Of a DNA stretch of 64,000 nt, positions 33,900 through 45,279 are shown in pieces; position 1 is the first letter of the stretch; each line of letters starts with the position of its first letter. The DNA comes from Diplonema japonicum (lineage: Eukaryota; Protista; Euglenozoa: Diplonemea): positions 1 through 64,000 of the forward strand of contig OZ025651.1 in the NCBI GenBank assembly GCA_964019335.1, given 5' to 3'. The position numbers were made by a program, and so were the translations under genes. The notes under the pieces were generated by a model that saw only the letters and a list, made by a program, of their open reading frames with translations, ran no database searches and was not told the origin of the DNA.

Positions 33900-36800
33900 T
33901 CACCCCTGAACCTTCTTTTGCAAATGAATCAACATGTCGCCGTAACTCTTCACTTCGCAAACCTGTTTATTCTTTTTTAACTTGTTTCCCCTCTTTTCTT
34001 CTCATACCGTATCCTCGACAAGGTACTTCGTCACCCAAACCTCAGCTTCATCTGTGCCCTCCCGTGCCACCAGGAAGGTCTGGTGTCCTACGCTAATGTT
34101 GCGTTCCCGCTCTTCATCGATAACCTGTTGTTGTTTTCTTTTTTTTTTTACCTGCAAAGTGAAAAAATGTTAAACTGACAAGGCAGTAACCAAGGCCGTG
34201 GCTAAACCCGCAGGCAAGAAGGCAGCACTCAAACCCGGAGGTAACAAGATAGTACCACCCCTATATATTATTTTCATCACGGAGCTGGAGCGGCGGAGCA
34301 GAGTCAGCAGGACGAACTCGCAACGGCACACTGACATATGCGGTTATGGGAGTGCGAACTGGCGGAGGAAGTACGACAACGGGAGGCACATGCAGGCACG
34401 ACACGGAGACACACACCCAACACCAACAGAAGAAGAGTTCGCGAAGCTGCAGACCGGCAACGCCCTGAAGGAGTACACGAAGCCGGTGCTGAAGTGGCTC
34501 AAGCAACTGCGCTGGTATGGAGGGAACAGGAACACGGCAGTGTCGACGGTGGAGCTGGCGCTGGACTTCGAAGGGGATAGGTGCAGGTAGTGGATGAGAA
34601 CAAGGGGGCGTCTCACAAAGACTTCCTTTAACTCATATATCTTTTTCATTTCGCCTTTATTCTCGAGCTCGGTATCTCTCACAGGCAATGAATAGTTGGG
34701 AAAATTTATTCTGAAATCCAGTGGAGGTGGGTTTCTTCGTGTGCTGAACGGCTTTCAAGAAAACTACCGTTCACAACTCCGGACGCGAAAAAGACCAGGG
34801 CATTTGGCAGTCATGGTATTTTTCACTCAGTAGTACCCACCACCCGATCATCCATACCCTCCAGAATGCATCATTAACAGGGTTGTTGTCCCGTATGGGT
34901 AAGTCGGACGTCCCAAACAGACTTTCGATAACAGAGCGGTGCGCAAGCTGTTTGTTGTTAGGTTGTCGTGCAACTACCATACCTTCCCGATCCAGATCAC
35001 AAAGCACGTTGTGTTATCAAGAAGGTAGACACCGTCGCGCTTCAAAGAACTAGCCGCGCAGCGCTGCGACTCAAGATCGTCGCCTGTGCTCGCCGTGTGG
35101 ATGGACCATAGCTGTGGTGGTTATGGTGGCCTCTTGTTTTGTTCATACCTTGGGGACAATGGAGACCAACATGTTTCTGTCGGACATGAGCCTCACCTTG
35201 GACATGGCGTACGTGCGGAGGTCGGGCGACAGCTTGTTGTCCACACGGAACACCGCATTCTTCAACAACCCCAAAGTGTAGAGAGGTATGCACTTCACCG
35301 AAGTGGGGATAAAGAGCTGGTTCCCGATCCTGTTGTACTGCTGCACAAGTGCCTGGCGGTAGTTCTTCAAGAACGTAACGTTTCGCTCTACAAGGAACGA
35401 CCTTGCTGCCTCGAGCTTGTCTGTGGCACCTGCTTCAATGGCCTGTCTGCCGAGCAGTCCTGCCAGCGCAACCTGGTCAAGGCGAGATATCACATGGTGG
35501 TAAGAGTTGCTGACCTCAAGCATCGCGGTATGCACCCTGATCCTGCGCTCCCGGTTGCAATTTGTGTATAGTACCGCGCACTGCACACACACCTGCGAAG
35601 GGGACTTCGCGCCCTCTGTCGGGACCAGCTGCGCTGCGAAAGTCTTGTCAGGATCGATGTTGGGAACCGACATCAAATCGGTGCTTCGAATGTAGAAGTT
35701 CCCGTACATGTTTTGACATTTCCACCCACCAGAGACTCGTATCCTCATCACGGCCTCGAAGCCAGTCTCTCTCGACAGCAGTCTGTGCACTTCTTTGTCC
35801 AGTTTTTCCGTCTGCTGCGGCCCCATCCCCATGTTGTACAGGTATATCTGTCCCGTTGTGATCTTAGGCATCTGGGCTAGCGTTGCAATGTCCATGTAGT
35901 TCTTTCCTTTGAACAGAAACAAGTCAATACTGACCTGTTCTGTTGAAGCGACCAGAGCAAGGTCCTTAAACCACGTGCTAGCGGGCTTCAGGAGAGGGTT
36001 CTCGCCTGCGGTGCCGTACTGCTTCCTGTCGTCACGGTTCTTCAACCTGCCTATCCCGATCGAAGGCAAGCCTGCAGAGAACAAGCACATCTTACCACCT
36101 GTGCCTGCCACGAACTTCATCGCAGTGGCCAAGGCCGGGCCCGTGGCGCACTCGGCATTTTGATTGTTAATCATCATTGAAGGCAATCTCTCGAGCAAGT
36201 CCTCGATCACTTGGTGCGATTCGTGCAAAGGTACCAACATGTCCTCCAGGGCCGCGGGCAGCACTACGCCCTCCACCACACCGTTTTCGCTGATCTTCCC
36301 AACGTTCTCGTCATCTGTCATCTCAGGGAGCACCATCATGCGTGCCTGCGTCAGCTTCGCTCTCAAGTCATACACATGCACAAACTGGTCATATGTGATA
36401 ATGGCTACTTGTGGGTCGCCCTGAGCATGCTTCAAGTTGTTCCTTATCGCCTGGCACGTTGCTTTCAGGAACCCCGACGTCACGCTTGTGTACGACACAT
36501 CAATCACAAAAAGGAACGTAGGCCTCTGCGGTGGACGTCTCATGTACTCGGGAGGTGCAAGGAACTCTACCATGCTGTGCAAAAGTTCAGGGTGGCTTTC
36601 GATGTCTTTTCGCGTCCCGTTCCCGTCCGTCGGGCAGAAGTAGTCCGCGCTCACGTCATTCAGCACTCTGCACATTGGGCACAAGAACCTCTTCCCCCCG
36701 TCTGTAAAAGTGCAGTACGGGTTGATGTAGATCCTGCAGTTCTTGCATCTGATCACAGTCGTCCCATTTCCTGTCGTTGACGTGATAACGGGCATCACGT

Positions 36801-38226
36801 CGCCATCTTCGATCTCTGCAAACGGGCGCATCACCACACCCACAGGCAGCGAAACTTGTGCATTCAGTTTGGTACTGCTAGGCATTGCACCATGTGTGAA
36901 TCTCATGTACTTCGAAGGAAGCGGGACTGCGGAAGGGTGTGCCTTGATGCTCTGTGATGCGTCGGATATTTCTTCTTCGTCAGGACGAGGGAACTCTTCA
37001 TAGCACTTGACCTTGTCAGCATTGGGGCCCATGGCTGGCTTGTGCAGCTGGAGAGAAATATATTGCTGCTGCTGTTGCTGCTGCTGACCTTGGAACTGTT
37101 GCCCTTGCGGTTGAAATTGGCCTTGTTGTTGGTGTTGATGCTGCTGTTGGTGTTGATGCTGCTGTTGGTGCTGATGTTGGTGTTGATGCTGGTGCTGGTG
37201 CTGGTGCTGGTGTTGATGCTGGTGTTGATGCTGGTGTTGATGCTGGTGTTGATGCTGATGTTGATGCTGGTGTTGGTGCTGATGTTGGTGCTGGGTTATT
37301 TGCCCAGGGTAACGAACACCAGGCGCTGCTGCTGCAGGCCCAGGTGGCAGGCGAGTTGCTGGAGCAGGAGCAGGAGGACCTGCACTCGGGGGCCCAGGGG
37401 GAACACCTGGCCTGCCAGGCAGGTTGCTAGGAGAATGAGGAAGCTGAGATGCGGTTGCGCTTGGTGGTCCTGTTGAGGCACCCCAAGCCGGTGGGCCAGT
37501 GGGAGGCGCTGTGCCTGAGGGGGGAGGTGGACCTGTGCCGGGAAATCCTGCCCCAATACCCGCAGGGGGTGCGCCAGGCCTATTCGCAGGAGGTCCGGTA
37601 GGTGCACCCATACCTGTCGGTGGTCCCGTTGGAGGTCCAGTGGGTGGCACACTGGAAATGCCCGCGGGAGGCCCCGGAGGTGCCCCTGCAGGAGGCCCAG
37701 TGGGCGGCGCACCAGGCATGCCCCCTCGGGGAGAGCCTGAAGGCGGTCCAGTTGGAGGTGCACCAGGCATGCCCATGGGAGGTCCTGAGGGTGCACCTGG
37801 CATGAGCTTAGCAGGCGGTCCAGTTGGAGGGGCACCAGGCATACCTCGAAGTGCTCCTGCAGGCGGTCCAGTTGGAGGGGCACCAGGCATACCCCCAGGA
37901 GGGGGACCTGCAGGTGGCCCCGTGGGAGGGGCTCCTGGCATGATGCCCGTTCGGGCTGGCTGTCCAGTAGGTACTCCAGGCATGCCAGGTCGCCCTGCTA
38001 CGTGTGAAGGCATGCCTGAGGGTGGAGGTCCGGTGAGGCCTTTCGGAGGCGGCATCCCAGCCGGGTGCCTTTGTACAACCTGCCCCGACGGGGGAGGCAT
38101 GCCGGCATTGGGGGCAGGCATTCCGGGGCCGGTGCCAGGAACGGGCATGGCTCCTGTGTTGCCCATCGGCGGGGGAGGCATCCCTTTGTGCATCCCCGGC
38201 GGCATGCCGTATCCATTCCCCGCCAT
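33900..38226 (-). CDS. SEC24: COPII coat protein Sec24; introns 35112-35148, 34948-34982, 34125-34857 and 33963-34007
   Basis: Pro/Gly-rich N-terminus, Zn finger RCKNCRIYINP...CPMC, FVIDVS trunk, GFEAVMRIR and RRIRVHT. Four phase-0 introns restore the gelsolin region and the LVED...SYGDMLIHLQKKVQG* terminus. Confidence 0.93.
34270..34590 (+). mobile_element. Degenerate retroelement-like fragment, antisense within Sec24 intron 3
   Basis: C2H2-like relic (DICGY...RHMQARH) and a WLKQLRW...VSTVELALDFE motif resembling C-terminal regions of protist non-LTR ORFs. It sits in the only large intron. Confidence 0.55.
37110..37293 (-). repeat. Coding (Gln-His)n low-complexity repeat in Sec24
   Basis: Mixed CAG/CAA-CAT/CAC codons encoding a long QHQH tract. 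Confidence 0.9.
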
Positions 38227-38883
38227 GTGTTTTGCCGACCTGTGATGAGTGCTGCCGTTGTTCGGTTAGAAAACCTTAATGTAAAGTAGCACAATAGTAA
38301 TAGGGGTAGGTTGGGAATTTCTTTCTTCTATTTTCTTTTTTTTCTTCTTCCGACCTCTCTCATTTGTTCTTTCGCTTTATTGCGAACCTTCCTACGGGAA
38401 CAGGGGGAATGAAAGAAAGAAAAGGAGTGCTTCAGATACGAGATTGGCGACCTTTCTCCCACTGGGAGCAAATAAGAAAAGTGGCTTTGCCTTGCTTGAG
38501 AAGAGAGTTAGCTACCGACTCAAGAAAGCCCCATAAAGGGGCCTTTGTCGTTGCACCAATTAATATGCGATACCAGATCCATAATGTCATGGCTCCTTGT
38601 TCTTTTTATGTCACACGCGAAAAAATAAAAAAGGAAATAAAAAGGCGTTTGGAGACATACTGAAAAGCTATGGTGCTGCAACAACTTGAAACGAAATACC
38701 TTGTTTCTTCCTCTCAAAAATCTGGGTAGATAGCGGGGGGGGGAGATGAAGTGGATAAAACACACTTTCATCCAGGACTTCTTTTTTCCTTTCGTTTTTT
38801 TTCGTTTTTTTTCTTTTTTCTTTTTTTACATTTCTTTATAATGCCCCATGGGTACACCAAAAAGAAAAAAAAAATGGGGATCG

Positions 38884-38933
38884 AAGCTTATAAACCCGTA
38901 AAACACATTGCCACGGTCTTTTTTTTGTGAGAC
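38884..38933. repeat. Dispersed intergenic motif family B, copy 1
   Basis: cttataaacccgtaaaacacattgcca...gagac matches 62736-62788. Confidence 0.6.
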
Positions 38934-38944
38934 AAATCCACCTC

Positions 38945-38983
<39 letters not shown>

Positions 38984-39654
38984 TTACGAAATTAAAAAGA
39001 AAAAGAGGAGGGGAGAAGCTTACTCTTATTACACGGCCTTACCTTCGAAACCAAGAAGGGGGCAATCATTGCAAGGATGCAATTTAAAAAAAAGGAAAAA
39101 GAAGAGGGGGGGACATAAAAAATACAAAGATATTCTTTTCCTTTAGACAGGGCACCTTTCTTGTGGGTTTAAACCGGAAAGACTGACACTTCTTTTAGCC
39201 CAGTTGAGTCGGGCAATCCTGCAGACATTTGAATGCAAAAGCGATTCTTCATAACGAAACCTCTTGCGGTTGCAGGGAACTCAGGAATCTCCTAGGACGA
39301 TATTGAAAATGGTCATATTCATTGCTGGCCTAGAAAACACTTGCCGAGCTAAAACTATGTATTATCTAACAAGAACATCTCGTACTGAGGGAGGGGCACA
39401 ATTTCTTTCTCTTCATCTCTTTTTTAAAATGATTAAGCGAAAAAAAATCGGAATGACAAGTCTTACTATAATATTCTTTTCTTTAACCCCCTCCCTCTTC
39501 CAATTCTCTTTCGTTTGACGACTTGTGCGTTTTCTTTTTCTCTTTCTTTTTCTTGTTTCCCCCTCATCCCTCATCCCTCATTCTTTTTTCTAGAATCCTT
39601 ATACAATCGGAGAGAATATTCTGAAATACACAAAAAAAGAATAATAATATCTTT

Positions 39655-41436
39655 TCACTCCTTTTTCTTCATGCTGAATAAGCCTTTCGTAGATATCTTT
39701 ATAGTCTCACCGGGCTTGACTGAGTTCTTTCTAGGGAAACTAACAGCAGCGCCTTCATCGGTAGGTGAGCTCTCGGTTCTTATCTCACCAACAACGCCTT
39801 CATCAGTAGGTGAGCTCTCGGCTTGGGGGAAAGAGGGCGCAGTGGGTGGGGTGTCAGACGTGAGGATCTAAAAGTTTTGTGTGTTTTTCTTTTTCTTTCC
39901 CGACGCCCGCATACCCTCTCTCCGAAATCAACCAAACCGCGCAGCACCTCTGCCGCACCGCCCATGGTATCCGAGATCTCATCCTGAGGCGGTGCCTGCG
40001 TGTTGCTTTGTTAAAAGAAAAAGAAATACCCCATCACATACCACCTCTACATTCGGCTGCAAATCAGGCGATCCTGAAGGCGAAGAAACACCAACGAAAA
40101 GGTTTTTCGTATTAACAGTTGTAGTGGCGGGGGAGCTACACGGGGTAGCAGACAGAGGCTTCGGCCGCTTTGCATTCTCCGTGGTGACCCAAGTTAAGTC
40201 CTCGGCTTCCTTCTCGTCGATTAGGGGGATGTAAATGTCTTCCAGGTTGGGGAGCACCATCAGTTGTATGACCTCCGATCGAAGAAACGTTAGTACCAAA
40301 TCGGTGAGCTCGGGGATCTCCGTTTTTTGCAGAAGATTGAAAGGGACGTCTGGTGTGGAGGTGGTCACGGAAACGCTGACTGTGGGCTCTGTTGCGAAGG
40401 CCAACCACATGTAGTCTGACACTGACGATATCTCAAAGCGCAGCCTCCCTTCCAGCGTCTTGACAGCAATGGTCACCAGCACCCTGGGCAGCGACACTAT
40501 TGACGCGATATCGAAATCCAGTTCCAGCGTCACACTGAATGCTCCGTTGGTGTACCGCACGTCAACCTCTGCAGTCACGTCGCCGCCACCACCGTTGCCA
40601 ATGATCTCAGTGTTTGAGAAAACCGGTAGGGACGTACCAACTTCCAAGTCTGCGACGCGTATCTCGCCCTTTATAGCAGACGGGGGGTCCACTTTCTTCA
40701 GCTGCCGATCGATCTTTCGTTTGATATAGTCTTTAAACGCGTCCCGTTGCTGCCACTGGTAAAGCAGCCTGCCAAGGAAAACGTTAACCACCTCCTCTGC
40801 TTTCGTGGGGCTTGCGTCTGACACCTTCATTGCTGACAATGCATCTCGCCATTGCGTGCCAATGGAGTACGTGGGGCGTTGGAATCCCGTACCTTGCTGG
40901 AGGATGCTGAACCATCTCTCCAACTCTCGGCTGATAGGGAAATACAGGCTAATCGAGGTTAGCATCGTGTCGTTTATCTCTGAGACGGGCTTCGTGCTGT
41001 CCGTGCTTGTGATTGTAAGATAGTTCTGTTTGTGCCACCTGTGCCTCAGTTTCTTTTTCCCGGCTGTCTTCACCAAATAGCACTGGCACGCTTCCAGCAA
41101 CACAGTCGCCAGCCTCTCGCCTTGCATGTCCATGATGAACAACATAGGTAGCGCTGCCTTCAGCTCCACGTCCATCTCCAGCACCTGGCTATCGCCAGCT
41201 ATGGCCTCGCAAACAGCTTTGCATTTTCCGCTTTTCCATTCACCGCTTATCCTATCCGTGTGCACCCCCCTTGATGCGACACCGTCTTCTTTCATCTTCC
41301 GAATAGTTGCTCGGTCCTCTTCTAGTGTGGCCGTCCCCTTCGCCTTCGCTATCCAATATCCATATGCCACCACAGCCACCACCATCAGCAGCCCCGTCAT
41401 GACCCCCAGCGCATAAACAAGTATGAGCGACATCAT
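39655..41436 (-). CDS. TEX2/Nvj2-like ER lipid-transfer protein (TM, PH-like, SMP domain); introns 39996-40041 and 39868-39914
   Basis: N-terminal TM. SMP motifs VNVFLGRL, LEVGTSLP, LEGRL, MWLAFATEP and LMVLPNLEDI. Two 3' introns extend the frame to TGA 39655. Confidence 0.8.
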
Positions 41437-41616
41437 CTTTCTTTCTATTGTTACACTGCCCGGAGGTTATACGAGAAGCACCACAAAAGCCCAAAGTGCG
41501 CACCCTGCTACGGGTAAGAGGGAAAGGGTGCCGCCAAGAAGAGAGAAAAAGAAAAGAGAACTAAAACTAAAACGACGGCATCTTCATAATACCGTGTGCT
41601 GATGTATTTCATCCGT

Positions 41617-42507
41617 TTACTCGTTTACTTCGTGTGCTGCGTCGCAGTCTGCTTCAGCAGCACTTTCACGATCTTCTTCCTGAATTCTTGTGGCTTCTGT
41701 GAAAACCTGACGCAGCGAAACGTTAACCCGATGGTTAGCCATGCTGGGGAACCGTTCTGTAATGTATTTCGGGCACGTGTCAGGCAAGATGCTAGGGATG
41801 CCGTGGTACGCAAGGCGTGATGGACCTGAGAGGATGACCGCATCTCCCGACTGGATTAGAATAGGCACCGGGGGTGTGTTCTTGGTGAGTCCACCGACAA
41901 GGAAAACGGCAGATCTGCCCAGAGAGAGTGTGAGCAAGGGGCGGTGCAGGACAGAGGTATCCTCATAGCTGTCAGTATGTCCCATGAGAGTGGATTTTGC
42001 GTTGTAGTAGTTCACAATCGCTGTCTGGAATTCCACAGGGGGGAGGCCAAGGCTGGTTCGGATGGATGCATATTTCCTCTGCACGAGTTCCTTGAGATCC
42101 TCTGGAAACTTCGAGGACTTCTCCTTGTCATAGCTCTTCTCGGTCCAGTCGTACGCATACCCCAGCGTCACCCACCGTAGCTCCTTGTCATGGAGCACCT
42201 CGCCCTCGCCACCTGTGAGCCGGCGCCTTTTCTTATCTCTCTGTTTACCGTCGTGCCTCAAATTGCTGTCATGCCCTTCGTTCTCATCAGGGTATCTACA
42301 CAGTGCGTCCCTCACCAGTTGTATTTGCTCTCTTTCTTCCAAGAAACCAGGGAGGAAAAACGCTCCTTGTTTCCCCTCGAGCGCAACCCACACCTTTCCC
42401 GCATACTCCTCCTTGCGCAAGACCCCCGACAGGTCAGGCACAGCACCGTTGCGCAGCTTAAAAGCACGCTCCGCAACACGAAACGCGGTGTCGCCTTCTG
42501 TCGCCAT
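41617..42507 (-). CDS. ALKBH1: AlkB-family 2OG-Fe(II) dioxygenase, ALKBH1-like
   Basis: LRWVTLGYAYDW, IVNYY...LMGHTD, SGD...SGPSRLAYHG and RVNVSLRQV. Start probably MATEGD at 42507. Confidence 0.88.
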   Translation of the reverse strand: MATEGDTAFRVAERAFKLRNGAVPDLSGVLRKEEYAGKVWVALEGKQGAFFLPGFLEEREQIQLVRDALCRYPDENEGHDSNLRHDGKQRDKKRRRLTGGEGEVLHDKELRWVTLGYAYDWTEKSYDKEKSSKFPEDLKELVQRKYASIRTSLGLPPVEFQTAIVNYYNAKSTLMGHTDSYEDTSVLHRPLLTLSLGRSAVFLVGGLTKNTPPVPILIQSGDAVILSGPSRLAYHGIPSILPDTCPKYITERFPSMANHRVNVSLRQVFTEATRIQEEDRESAAEADCDAAHEVNE

Positions 42508-42601
42508 GTCCTGTAGCAAATTTCTCAACCAACTGGTAGGGTCATGCGGTATTTCCTTTTTTTCTTTTTTTGCTTTCTTCGGAAGAAGATGAACAATATG
42601 A

Positions 42602-43136
42602 CTACAACGAGAAAGTGCTGCTCCTCGGCTCAACCTTTTTGACTTCTCTCTCGAAAGTGAACCGTGAGCTCCGAGAACGTCGGACAGTGCCATACACAGG
42701 CGGGGCAGGAAAGCGCGCAGTCGCTATTCCGAAACCCATGGGGCTTTTCGGACTTTTCGGACTTTTGAGCGTGGATTCGGGTTCGCTTATCATCTCTTTC
42801 TTTTCCATTTCCATCGTATACCGAGCAGTAAAGTAGCGATCAATTTCATCAGAGAGAGACTCCCTAACTGCGACAGTGGCGCAAACCTCATCCACAGCAC
42901 TGATAACCTGTGCCATAGTCGTCATCCTTTCCTTCTCCCCGTCATCATTTTCGAATTTATCATCCCTCGCGTCCTGTGCTTCCTCTGTCTCAAACCTCTT
43001 GTACATCACCTGTACTACCTCATTCATGCCCATACTCGCTCCGCTCCCCTCATTCTCGCAGTCGTCTTTCACCTTCTGGTTGACCTTCCTTTTCCCCGCC
43101 GGTCGCAGCGGAGGGACCGGTGGTGGCATCAACATC
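42602..43136 (-). CDS. Hypothetical protein (charged, KSP repeats)
   Basis: Coding-like ORF on the gene strand; start uncertain. Confidence 0.5.
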
Positions 43137-43339
43137 AATATGCGGTACCTGTACAAAATAGATCCAGACGACAAAAAGACACTAAACATGACTAAAACTT
43201 CTCTATTCGAGCAAGTTGCACGCAAACCCTGCCTTGTAAAAGAGAAACATGGTGGCTTGTGTGCTTGTCTCCTTCAGTTGGGTAGAGACCATTGAAGCAT
43301 GCCAAGGTAGTCAAGACGACATGTGTAATCCTGGCGACG

Positions 43340-44200
43340 TCATGTGTTAGAATCCACAGAAGTCCTGTGTTCGTCTTCTTCTTCCGCTTCTTCCTCTGCC
43401 TCTTCGGTGTTTTTAGGGCTGCCGACAGCTTTCGAAGGGCTGCTGGCAGTGCTGGGCTCGGGGCTGATACCTCGTACAGCGTTGTGTAGTTCCTTGCGTA
43501 TCTTGACGATCTTGTTAAGAGACGCGACCTGCTGCATCACGGCAGCGATGTCATCTTCGTCGCTGTCAGAGGGGTTAGTGTCTGCTGCATGCTCGGAAGC
43601 AGGGTGCATGTGGAGCACAGCAGACAAAGGGACAGTGGGCTGTGTGGATGAAGATCCTTTAAGCGATGCGATCCAATCATGGACGGTGGTCGTGTCAGGT
43701 ATTGCAGAGCTTGCAATGTCAGATCGGTTAATTTTAAGAGTGCCACGCGGAGAGGAGGGGGACAGCCTTTTTGTGGTCCCTTCAAAGGACTTCAGCCGAA
43801 GCTCGGCTTGCATTTCACAAGACCGTTTAACCTTCTCCTTTAGTTGTATTTCCTTTCGGACTTTTTCAGCTTCAAGTGATTCCAAAACCTTTACCTGTTG
43901 CCTGACCAGCTCTTCGTACTGCAGACCCGTCTCTTCTGTGCTCTGCCTGACTTCTTGATACGCTTCTTCCTCAAGTTCAGTTGACTTCGTTACCTCTCGC
44001 AGCACCCTGCGTACCATCTTCGTGTATATCCTATTCGTTCGCAACGCTTCCTCCTCACTTAGATTCCTGGCCATCAACTCTTTTTTTGCATCGGCATACC
44101 GCTGAAAGGCCTTTCCTATCTCAGCTACCATCTCATCACGCAGCTTGGCGTTTCGCATTGCCTCCTTGAACAGTGGGGAGGTGCCCTCAGACAGTTCCAT
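43340..44200 (-). CDS. Hypothetical coiled-coil protein
   Basis: E/K/R-rich heptads from MELSEG (44200). Confidence 0.65.
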   Translation of the reverse strand: MELSEGTSPLFKEAMRNAKLRDEMVAEIGKAFQRYADAKKELMARNLSEEEALRTNRIYTKMVRRVLREVTKSTELEEEAYQEVRQSTEETGLQYEELVRQQVKVLESLEAEKVRKEIQLKEKVKRSCEMQAELRLKSFEGTTKRLSPSSPRGTLKINRSDIASSAIPDTTTVHDWIASLKGSSSTQPTVPLSAVLHMHPASEHAADTNPSDSDEDDIAAVMQQVASLNKIVKIRKELHNAVRGISPEPSTASSPSKAVGSPKNTEEAEEEAEEEDEHRTSVDSNT

Positions 44201-44373
44201 TTTTTTTCTTCGTTCCCTACCAAATAAATGAATGTCAGAGGGGGACCAACAGGGCAAGACTATGATAGACACACAAAAAAAAAAAAACTTGTATAAAAAA
44301 AAAGGGTGTGCAATCGTCTCCTTCTTTTCTTCCGCAATATTGCTATTCATTCTGTCTTTTTCTTTTTGATATC

Positions 44374-44874
44374 TCAACATTCATCGTATCCCTCTTCCTC
44401 TGTTGGCTCATTGGGGGGCTTCTCCTCGGCTTCAGCGGGCTTGCGTCGTTTGGCAGGGTTGTCGCTGGTGGCTACGACGTGGGCTAGATGGTTGATGAAA
44501 GAGGCAAACTCAGGAGTGGCTTCAACAGCAGCTTCCAGAGCAGATTCGCGATCGATGTTGCCATCGATTGCCTTGATGAGGTTCTGGAGATTGGAGTCCT
44601 TAAGTTGTTCCCTTATCACAGGGTCCCTCGTGATAGCTTCCAGTTGGAAGGACCCCAGAGTCTCTGAGTCTATGATTTCCCGCTCTCGGAGGGACTCTTC
44701 TTTGATGGCAGCCGTACGTGCTGTGCGCTCACGTTCGTCTTCTTTCCGCTCCCCCGAACACCCTAAGACCTCGAAGTGGTTTTGATAGCATTCACTGCAG
44801 CAGTATCTCTTCTTGCAGCACGGGGTCTTGTACTTCCATTTCCCGTCACCACACACCACGCACAAGGCAGACAT
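44374..44874 (-). CDS. ZNHIT3: zf-HIT protein, ZNHIT3/Hit1-like
   Basis: CVVC...KYKTPCCKKRYCCSECYQNH, followed by the conserved IREQLKDSNLQNLIKAID...PEFASF region. Confidence 0.8.
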   Translation of the reverse strand: MSALCVVCGDGKWKYKTPCCKKRYCCSECYQNHFEVLGCSGERKEDERERTARTAAIKEESLREREIIDSETLGSFQLEAITRDPVIREQLKDSNLQNLIKAIDGNIDRESALEAAVEATPEFASFINHLAHVVATSDNPAKRRKPAEAEEKPPNEPTEEEGYDEC

Positions 44875-45279
44875 TTCCTTACCACCACCACCACCCCCCC
44901 TCCGCCTGCTTTGAAAAGTGTACGTTTTCATTGAGTAAAAAAAGAAGGAAAAAAAGCTTAGAAAACAGGAGCTAACATCTTTTCTCATTTTACGCCTACT
45001 CTTGTGTACTGGGGGACAACCCCTTCTTCCGTTGCGCGCATGGGACGCCTCCATCTGCAGGGTGATCTAGTCTGTACCTCCGCTAATCACGCTTGGTGGG
45101 CGGGTACTCAAAAAAAAACCTATTTTTAGGAAACGCGTTTCCTTGCCAACAGCCTGAGGGGGGGCTCACCGTACTTACGAGGTTCACACTATCCGATAAG
45201 AACGGACTAAGAAGCAGAATAGGAAAGGGGGAAAGGGGGCTGGGGGGAAATGGGGAAAGAGGTAGTATTGCATCTATTA

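Noticed and set aside
39750-39825. 42-nt-period duplication (ESSPTDEG x2)
   Set aside because: Ordinary small coding duplication in the disordered tail of the SMP protein.
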